This document shows positions 57,735 to 64,000 of a stretch of 64,000 nucleotides of DNA, one piece after another (within the stretch, counting starts at the first letter, position 1; the number at the start of each line of letters is the position of its first letter). Under the pieces are notes generated by a model. That model did not search any database, was not told where the DNA came from, and saw only the letters and a program-made list of their open reading frames with translations. The position numbers and the translations under genes were made by a program. The DNA is from a virus (taxonomy: Duplodnaviria; Caudoviricetes). The stretch is taken from IMG/VR virus record IMGVR_UViG_3300033802_000250, one strand, 5' to 3'.

Positions 57735-58007
57735 ATGAGTAAAGCAATGTACATCAACAAAGAACTGAGCAACGGATGTTCGATGTATGAGCCATGTCCG
57801 ATCTGCTTCAAGTGCATGGTGAAGGCATCCCACCTGTACGTACGTTGTCAGAATTGCCCGGTCGAGTTCTGCGGGCACGACCACAAGAAACGTGCTTGGG
57901 CAATCCGCAGAGAAAACTTTGCGGTTACTGTAACACCGGAGACCGGCGAGAAAATTCGTCGCCTTGCCAACAAGGTTCTCCGTGGAAGCGAGGATGCTGA
58001 TAATTGA
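57735..58007 (+). CDS. Cys/His-rich Zn-binding protein
   Basis: CPICFKC...CQNCPVEFCGHDH; RBS ggagg. Confidence 0.7.
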   Translation: MSKAMYINKELSNGCSMYEPCPICFKCMVKASHLYVRCQNCPVEFCGHDHKKRAWAIRRENFAVTVTPETGEKIRRLANKVLRGSEDADN

Positions 58008-58261
58008 TGGATCGCCGTACTTATTCCTATCCCATCGAGCGACGGCTTCCGTTCGAGCGCAGGCGTATTGAAGAAGTCCGGGAGTTCGTGGAGCAGGGAA
58101 TCAACCCGCTCCACATTACGATTTGTAGCTCAAACGGAGCATACAACATTACCAACCGCGATGTTGCGAATTACTTCGAGCAGTACCGAGTGCCGTTTGA
58201 CGCTTCGGTATCCTGCTTCCAATTGATAGGTGAGGGAAATGCCAAGAGACTACGGATATGA
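58007..58261 (+). CDS. Hypothetical protein
   Basis: Fills the operon; RBS gagga. Confidence 0.55.
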   Translation: MDRRTYSYPIERRLPFERRRIEEVREFVEQGINPLHITICSSNGAYNITNRDVANYFEQYRVPFDASVSCFQLIGEGNAKRLRI

Positions 58262-58613
58262 CGACACTCGCGCAAGCCGCGAACCGATGAGACGCAAAAG
58301 GCCGCGCAATGAGTACGGATTGCCCGCGCAAGACCGTCATAAACAACCTCAGCGTGAACGGAGAACGTGGACGAACTACGACGAATACATCGCCGCACAG
58401 CGCCGGTTCTTTGAGGAAATGAAGGCGAAGCCCGCAAACTACTGTACGCTGTGCGGATATCCGATGGACTACAATGGACACAAACCGACGGAGTGGGAAT
58501 TAACATGGAGTACGCACGAACCTTGCAGGGACTCTGCGTTCCGTATGCTTGACCGCGAGTCGGGGATTGCAAGGGAGCGGAGACAATTTGCGAATCGGGA
58601 TCGACATAGATGA
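58239..58613 (+). CDS. Hypothetical protein with CxxC...HxxC Zn motif
   Basis: CTLCG...HEPC; RBS aggtgaggg. Confidence 0.65.
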   Translation: MPRDYGYDDTRASREPMRRKRPRNEYGLPAQDRHKQPQRERRTWTNYDEYIAAQRRFFEEMKAKPANYCTLCGYPMDYNGHKPTEWELTWSTHEPCRDSAFRMLDRESGIARERRQFANRDRHR

Positions 58614-59169
58614 CACGCTGAATGAGTTCAGTGAAGCGATTGCGGAAGCGTATTTTGACGAAACCGGCATCAATTGCTTGGAGGATCTCCGCAGGTACTT
58701 TTTCATGGATCGTGTCTGCGGTATGACCAGCGAAGATGTCATCCGGTTCTTTGAGCGCAATCATAAGCGGTTGTATGAGCAGACGCGGCTGAAACCTTAC
58801 TTGCCGCAAATGCTTAACGGCCTCCGCCGCCGCCATATGGCGCTGGATATCATTACGAATCGGATGGACGATAATCGCGAGGTTACGCTGAAGTGGCTTC
58901 ATGACAACAACGTTTTGCCTTATATCGACCGGGTGTACTTCACATCGGGATGCAAGTACGAGTTTTGTGAAACCAACGGTATCAAGATCGACCTCATGAT
59001 CGAAGATCGCCTTGATCGCGCCAAACCGTTTCTGGAACACAAGATTCCAGTCATCCTGTTCGATTACGAACATAACCGGGAATACGAACACCGGCTGTTG
59101 CACCGGGTAACAAACTGGTGGGAGGTATTCCAGATTGCGGCTCGGCTTCAAACCTTGTCTGGAGGGTGA
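58588..59169 (+). CDS. HAD-family 5'(3')-deoxyribonucleotidase-like protein
   Basis: TTG start; RIGIDIDDTL, IITNR, TLKWL, IDLMIED. Confidence 0.85.
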   Translation: MRIGIDIDDTLNEFSEAIAEAYFDETGINCLEDLRRYFFMDRVCGMTSEDVIRFFERNHKRLYEQTRLKPYLPQMLNGLRRRHMALDIITNRMDDNREVTLKWLHDNNVLPYIDRVYFTSGCKYEFCETNGIKIDLMIEDRLDRAKPFLEHKIPVILFDYEHNREYEHRLLHRVTNWWEVFQIAARLQTLSGG

Positions 59170-59174
59170 CAACG

Positions 59175-59438
59175 ATGAAAAATCAGCACACCTTGCTCAT
59201 CATCACGAAGGAAGAACAGTCTGGCGGCCACACCTATTCGGTGCCCGGCCACCAAGTTAGCTTCGTCTCCGTGTCGTCGATCTTAAACGGCACGGTCAGG
59301 CCGGAGGATTACAAAGCTGATGCGGTGATGGTGCCCAAAGGACTCAAGAGCGAGAACTCCTTCAAGGTTCGCGTATGGGCCAAACAAACGATGTTACATA
59401 AACCTCACAGAAACCGCAGGATGGTTGTGTACGGATGA
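59175..59438 (+). CDS. Hypothetical protein
   Basis: RBS ggaggg; ATGA overlap with the next gene. Confidence 0.6.
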   Translation: MKNQHTLLIITKEEQSGGHTYSVPGHQVSFVSVSSILNGTVRPEDYKADAVMVPKGLKSENSFKVRVWAKQTMLHKPHRNRRMVVYG

Positions 59439-60232
59439 AGATCCATGTCGATGCGCTAATGGATTATCTGGCGTGCCCGCAATTGCACAAATACCGGTAC
59501 ATCCAGAATATCGACGCATCGCTGACTCACGCCGGGCGGGCCAATCGACACTCGATCATGGAGGCTTACGACAAGGCGTTACACAAGTCGGTTGCCTCTC
59601 TCTTTCATAAAGTACAGGATGGTTTTATCCCGGACATCCACTTGCTGAAACGCAAGTGGGGGTATCTGTGGGTCAAACCCCGGAGCGAGCAGGAAGACAT
59701 CCGGTTCAAAGAGACAAGCTGGCGCGATGTGCATGACGAAAAGCGCAAACAAGGATGGGATAAGCTACGCCAAGTGTTCGAGCATTATGATGAAGCCGGT
59801 TGGGGCACTCCGATCATGGTGGACTTCGATTATACCGTACGCATTGGCTCCCACATCCTTGAAGGCCGCATTGATCTAGTGCGTGTTGTACAAACCCCGG
59901 AGCGCCGAGAGTTCATTGAAATGACCGAGTTCCTCGTTGACGAGCGGTATGCTCCGTTCGTCCATCTCCGCCGCGACTGGCGGGTGACGGCGGCCAGCTA
60001 CGCCTTCAGGAAACTGATGAATGTCAAAGAGGAGAAAATAGTGTATCATGGAATTATCAGCGGTAAGTTGGTGGTAACAGAGCGGAGCGAGGAGGATTAC
60101 CGCCAGCTTGAACACCTGCTTGACCGCATTGAGAAGGCACACAAAGAGGACATCTTCTACCCGGAGTTCGGGGAGCGGTGTCTGACTTGTCCATATGAAA
60201 AACATTGCGAAAAGGGGTGGTATCAATGTTGA
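59435..60232 (+). CDS. PD-(D/E)XK Cas4/AddB-like protein with 1+3 Cys staple (possibly catalytically degenerate)
   Basis: DYLACP...GRIDLV...CLTCPYEKHC. Confidence 0.75.
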   Translation: MKIHVDALMDYLACPQLHKYRYIQNIDASLTHAGRANRHSIMEAYDKALHKSVASLFHKVQDGFIPDIHLLKRKWGYLWVKPRSEQEDIRFKETSWRDVHDEKRKQGWDKLRQVFEHYDEAGWGTPIMVDFDYTVRIGSHILEGRIDLVRVVQTPERREFIEMTEFLVDERYAPFVHLRRDWRVTAASYAFRKLMNVKEEKIVYHGIISGKLVVTERSEEDYRQLEHLLDRIEKAHKEDIFYPEFGERCLTCPYEKHCEKGWYQC

Positions 60233-60369
60233 AGATCAAGAACGCGGACGGCGATGAACTCATGCGCCTGCATGACGATGGGACGGAGGAGTTCAAGGAC
60301 AAGAAGTTCGAGGAGCAGTACAAAGAAGCTGGCCGCAAGGTCAACGAGAAGAAAGACGGGGGTAAGTAA
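60226..60369 (+). CDS. Small charged protein (47 aa; not in the ORF track)
   Basis: RBS aagggg; MLKIKNADGDELMRLHDDG...; coupled at both ends. Confidence 0.65.
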   Translation: MLKIKNADGDELMRLHDDGTEEFKDKKFEEQYKEAGRKVNEKKDGGK

Positions 60370-60905
60370 TGCGGATTGCGGGTATTGACGCCGGACTCGA
60401 TTCTACCGGATTTGCAATATTGGACACGGCCATCAACGATTTCATCGTGATCGAACGCATCAAAACGACAAAGAAGAAGGCCACGCCGAGCAACCAGCAT
60501 CGGGCCCGATATATCGCCGGAGAGATCAGTCAACTTCTGATGTTCAACTCGGTCGATGTTGTCGTAATTGAGGATATCTTCATTAACCCGAAGCGTCCGT
60601 CGGCCATCATTCCGGTCGCCCGCCTGCGCGGCCATATCGAGCAGGCGGTTCTTGATTTGGAATATCCCGGATTGCATGTGCTTCGTTCAACACAAGTGAA
60701 GCAGGCTGTCGCCGGGAGGGGCAACAGCAAGAAGGAAGATTGCTTCCATGCAATCAAGGCGCTTTACCCGCATTCCAAATTGCTGAAAAAGGCACTCGGG
60801 CCGAAGTTCATCGGCGGCGGCAAGGACAAGAACGACGATATTTCTGATGCTTGTTGCGTCGCTCACGCCTACTTCGTGAATCCATCTGTAGCCGAGTTCC
60901 TCTAG
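60369..60905 (+). CDS. ruvC: RuvC-like Holliday junction resolvase
   Basis: MRIAGIDAGLDSTGFA, VVIED, VKQAVAGRGNSKKED, DDISDA. Confidence 0.9.
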   Translation: MRIAGIDAGLDSTGFAILDTAINDFIVIERIKTTKKKATPSNQHRARYIAGEISQLLMFNSVDVVVIEDIFINPKRPSAIIPVARLRGHIEQAVLDLEYPGLHVLRSTQVKQAVAGRGNSKKEDCFHAIKALYPHSKLLKKALGPKFIGGGKDKNDDISDACCVAHAYFVNPSVAEFL

Positions 60906-60929
60906 TTCGCTGAAAGAGGGTAGGCCGCG

Positions 60930-61820
60930 ATGAAAAAGCTACCATACGACGAAATCGAGGTGTTGGTCTACGCCTACCAGAAGGGAAATAAAGATGCCAT
61001 TGAAACTCTGCTGAGACACTACGAGCAATATTTCCTGAAGTTCCTTCAGGTACTCAAACCAATATACACTGTAACCGGCAGAGATGGCCGCAGGAGCATC
61101 CGACACTCGAAGTTCGACATTTACAACAGCATTCAGCGTCGCTTTGCGACAGCCTTTATGAAGACGCGAGAAGAACGCATGGGCGTCTACAATTACCGCC
61201 GCAACAGCGCGGCCCGTGTGAAGCTGTACAAAACGGTACAACACATTCGATATCTGTTTGCAGACCACGACGAAGCGGACTTGCTTCAATCCATGCGGCT
61301 GATCTTCATCGAAATGGCAGACCGCCATAAGGGCAAGAAGTTCTACAACTACATATCGACGACGTTTCCGAAGCAATTGCTCAGCCATTTGTCGCGTTCG
61401 CTGGATCGGTTCAAGCTTGTCCCGTTCGACGAGGAATGGCTGATTCTCAGATATGATTACTACCACGAGGATGAATACCGGCTCGATGCACCGCCGCTGA
61501 AATACTACGTCAACTCGAATGAGTACACGTTGTATGATGTCAATTGGATCAATGGCGATTGCGGAGAGATCTTCGCTGTTCTTACGCCGCACGAGCGCCG
61601 CATCCTCAAATGGTATTACGAGTACAAGACGTTTTTCGGCGATGATGTTTCTGCGGAGATCCGGGACGTTTACGAGGAACGCAAACGCCGATCAAAGCAT
61701 ACAGACAGTGACATTGCTGACATGCTTGGCTGTAGCCGCAAGACCATCAACGAGAAGCGTCGATACATCATCTCCGTGCTGGAAGACATCCTGCGGGAGA
61801 AACGACTCATTAAGGAGTGA
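60930..61820 (+). CDS. Phage sigma-70-family factor (probable late/middle sigma)
   Basis: LVYAYQKGNKDAIETLLRHY (region 1.2/2); LTPHERRIL...TDSDIADMLGCSRKTI (region 4 HTH). Confidence 0.75.
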   Translation: MKKLPYDEIEVLVYAYQKGNKDAIETLLRHYEQYFLKFLQVLKPIYTVTGRDGRRSIRHSKFDIYNSIQRRFATAFMKTREERMGVYNYRRNSAARVKLYKTVQHIRYLFADHDEADLLQSMRLIFIEMADRHKGKKFYNYISTTFPKQLLSHLSRSLDRFKLVPFDEEWLILRYDYYHEDEYRLDAPPLKYYVNSNEYTLYDVNWINGDCGEIFAVLTPHERRILKWYYEYKTFFGDDVSAEIRDVYEERKRRSKHTDSDIADMLGCSRKTINEKRRYIISVLEDILREKRLIKE

Positions 61821-62134
61821 GTGCCATGTTGGCTCACAACAACGGGACGGGCGTTGTCGCCCAACCAGATACAGAGACCGCCATCTGTACATGGGTCTCC
61901 GACGGTTACAGCTTCCTGATCGGGTTCATGGGAACCGGAAGTTACTCCGGGGAGTTCATCCTTTACGTGGACGGCGATCCGTGGTACAGATACCAAACGT
62001 CGCCCGGCAACCGTACCGCCTACGTTGCCGACCGGGGTGTTCTGCTCCCCGCCGGTAGAGAAGTCATCCTGAAGGTGCGCCATTACGATTCCTCGGCCCA
62101 AACCTTCTACGGAACCATCCTCGGCGGACAGTGA
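61817..62134 (+). CDS. Small beta-rich hypothetical (virion?) protein
   Basis: RBS aaggag; alternative start 61826. Confidence 0.65.
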   Translation: MSAMLAHNNGTGVVAQPDTETAICTWVSDGYSFLIGFMGTGSYSGEFILYVDGDPWYRYQTSPGNRTAYVADRGVLLPAGREVILKVRHYDSSAQTFYGTILGGQ

Positions 62135-62135
62135 G

Positions 62136-62384
62136 GTGTTGGTCGTGGCTGAATGGAAAGAGCCCTATGTGGCGGTCGAGCCGATTACGATCACGTCCAA
62201 AACCCGTGTCGTCAATCTGCCGCGCCGCTATCATCCCGGTCAGGGCGATCTGGTCATCTACTACAACGGTATGTATGCGGTGCCCGGCTATGATTACAAC
62301 GAATTGACTCCGTTCTCCATCGAGTTCACCTACGATCTGGAGCCATTGGACACTGTCGTCGCCCACTATCAAAAGTTGTGGTGA
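62136..62384 (+). CDS. Stand-alone 'xxNG...DY.E' module protein
   Basis: YHPGQGDLVIYYNGMYAVPGYDYNELTPFSIEFTYDLEPLDTV matches the module in the 11251, 13202, 16924 and 40155 proteins. Confidence 0.7.
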   Translation: MLVVAEWKEPYVAVEPITITSKTRVVNLPRRYHPGQGDLVIYYNGMYAVPGYDYNELTPFSIEFTYDLEPLDTVVAHYQKLW

Positions 62385-62388
62385 TCGT

Positions 62389-62895
62389 ATGCATTACATT
62401 GCTCAAAGCTTGGTTGTCATCAATGACCGGGGCGCGATTCTCCAGTGGGATCCGGTTCACGACAGCGATTTGGACGGATACAACGTCTACATGGCGGAGA
62501 ACAAGCCGGAGAATTTCGTCAAACTCAACAAGTCGCTCATCGAGACGACAAGATTTGTGACCCCGGTTCTTCGCCCCGACATGAAGTATTACTTCTGCGT
62601 CACCAGTGTTGATTTGACCGGAAACGAGTCTGATCCGAGCGGCGTGATTGAATTTATGCTGTCGGACGCAAGGCCGAATCTGAACATTCGCAAGGTGCCG
62701 CTACCGGCCCGGGAGCCGGTAGCACCGTATGCGAAAAAGCTGAAGGATGTCGCCTTCGACGATTTCATGACACGATTTGAATGGGTTGACGGTTACTTCA
62801 ACGCCAAGAAGGATATTGTCGTTCCGGCTGGCGGCATGGTCAGCAGAACGATTACGTCTCGTTCCTTCACGACATTCTTCACAATAGGAGGGTGA
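62389..62895 (+). CDS. Fibronectin III domain protein
   Basis: LQWDPVHDSDLDGYNVY...YYFCVTSVDLTGNESDPS. Confidence 0.8.
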   Translation: MHYIAQSLVVINDRGAILQWDPVHDSDLDGYNVYMAENKPENFVKLNKSLIETTRFVTPVLRPDMKYYFCVTSVDLTGNESDPSGVIEFMLSDARPNLNIRKVPLPAREPVAPYAKKLKDVAFDDFMTRFEWVDGYFNAKKDIVVPAGGMVSRTITSRSFTTFFTIGG

Positions 62896-62897
62896 AT

Positions 62898-63797
62898 ATG
62901 AAGCTCAAGTACATCATCAACGACGACGCCAGACATTACGTCATGGTAGAGATCAATCCGGCAACGAAGAACGCTTCGATCCGGTACTTTCGCAACAACA
63001 ATCTCCAGCAAGAACGAACGATGTCCATTGCGGACGTGATCGACACCGAGCCGACGAAGAATCCGCAGGTTCAGGTCGCAAAGTTCGGGCACATTTGGGA
63101 TCTGCACGTCTTCAAGATTGACATCAACGGTCTTGAGACGCGGCGTACGGTGTCCCTGACCACTCCGGTCGAAGTCGTGTCCACGAAGCTCGAAATGATT
63201 AACGACAGTGCGACGGACGTGACGCTGAAGGATTACATCACGCATCCACTGGACGTTTACGCAAGCCGTCTGACGGCGCTGGAGCATACATTCTCAAACA
63301 CGACCGGCCTGACCGGCACCAGCGGCAATACATCGACAGCGCCGGTTGTAACGCCGAACGGCTACCTCGAACTCGGCAATCTCTCCTCGGTCGCCGCGAC
63401 ATTGGGCTCCGCCATCGACATGAACAACGAAAACTTCGCGCTGGTTCTGGATGTCATCAGCCTCGGGCTCAATGACATCACGACGGAATATCAACTTGAA
63501 GTGAAGCTTGGGTCGGCTGGTTCCAACGCGATCCGGTTTGATGTCAACAAAGGAGTTCTGTTCGTTGTCGGCGGCAATGAGAATGCGGTACTTCCGGCCA
63601 ACGTATGGGTGGATCGCATCAATATGTTACTGGAGGTCAAAAACGGCGTCGCCAAACTGTACGTTAATGGCTCGTCCGCCGATCTGCCGGGCTTCATTGC
63701 GGCAGAAACGCTCGATGCGATTGTACTGTCGTCAATGTGCAACGACACGGAAACGACGCGCGTCAATTACCTGCTGGTACAGCGCATGAGAGGATAA
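62898..63797 (+). CDS. Hypothetical protein with lectin/ConA-like C-terminal beta-sandwich
   Basis: RBS aggaggg; beta-rich C-terminus ...VAKLYVNG. Confidence 0.6.
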   Translation: MKLKYIINDDARHYVMVEINPATKNASIRYFRNNNLQQERTMSIADVIDTEPTKNPQVQVAKFGHIWDLHVFKIDINGLETRRTVSLTTPVEVVSTKLEMINDSATDVTLKDYITHPLDVYASRLTALEHTFSNTTGLTGTSGNTSTAPVVTPNGYLELGNLSSVAATLGSAIDMNNENFALVLDVISLGLNDITTEYQLEVKLGSAGSNAIRFDVNKGVLFVVGGNENAVLPANVWVDRINMLLEVKNGVAKLYVNGSSADLPGFIAAETLDAIVLSSMCNDTETTRVNYLLVQRMRG

Positions 63798-63798
63798 T

Positions 63799-63837
63799 AA
63801 ACGGCTCCCGGGGTGATAGTCCTACGGGAGCCGTTTA
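63799..63837 (+). terminator. Rho-independent terminator
   Basis: aaacggctcccg...cgggagccgttt. Confidence 0.7.
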
Positions 63838-64000
63838 TGCTCGGTGACAGCCTCAAAGATGTGCTGGAGCGATATATCATATGCCCATCTTCTCCATATT
63901 ATGCCCCAAGCTCAAAATCTTATCCCGGAATTGCTCGAACGGCAGGAAGTCTCCTCTGCATTCGACCTCCCGGGCCCGCTCCCGGAACGCATGAATGCGC

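Noticed and set aside
59435-60232. CRISPR-Cas locus suggested by the Cas4-like gene
   Set aside because: No repeat-spacer array or other cas genes; solo Cas4-like genes are common in phage replication modules.
1-64000. Diversity-generating retroelement or invertase shufflon acting on the fibre genes
   Set aside because: No reverse transcriptase or recombinase, and no near-identical TR/VR pair or inverted crossover repeats seen in this window. One could lie outside it.
1-64000. Stop-codon reassignment
   Set aside because: Standard code gives long, tightly packed ORFs ending in all three stop codons.

Overview
The whole window is one co-oriented (+ strand), gene-dense segment of a large myovirus genome (or plasmidial prophage), probably infecting a Bacillales-type Firmicute: roughly 52-54% GC by eye, GGAGG ribosome-binding sites, one clean sigmaA-type promoter. 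1-52.2 kb is an unusually large tail/baseplate/fibre module. It contains the C-terminus of a tape-measure-like protein, a glucosaminidase-LysM-hub-M23 fusion, a split gp5/gpV-like spike, gp25-like and baseplate-J wedge proteins, a tail-collar protein, three tandem paralogues in their own promoter-terminator unit, Fn3/vWA/PA14/Ig-rich giant proteins, a beta-repeat fibre and a five-member paralogue family. Three small membrane (holin-like) genes and a terminator follow. A replication/early block occupies 53.3-61.8 kb: Rad52/Sak-like annealase, AEP primase, DnaB-like helicase, HAD nucleotidase, Cas4/AddB-like protein, RuvC-like resolvase and a sigma factor. A small second structural island closes the window. 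The layout recalls, from memory and unverified, the Bacillus thuringiensis phage 0305phi8-36 lineage. The most striking sequence-level pattern is one ~125-aa 'chassis' domain reused in about nine virion proteins and repeatedly nested inside itself (Russian-doll, out-and-back architecture), with low-GC, apparently swapped modules at the innermost tip. Many palindromic restriction sites also appear to be avoided. I found no tRNA/rRNA, CRISPR array, integrase, transposase or reverse transcriptase. All family calls come from motifs read by eye; no database search was run.
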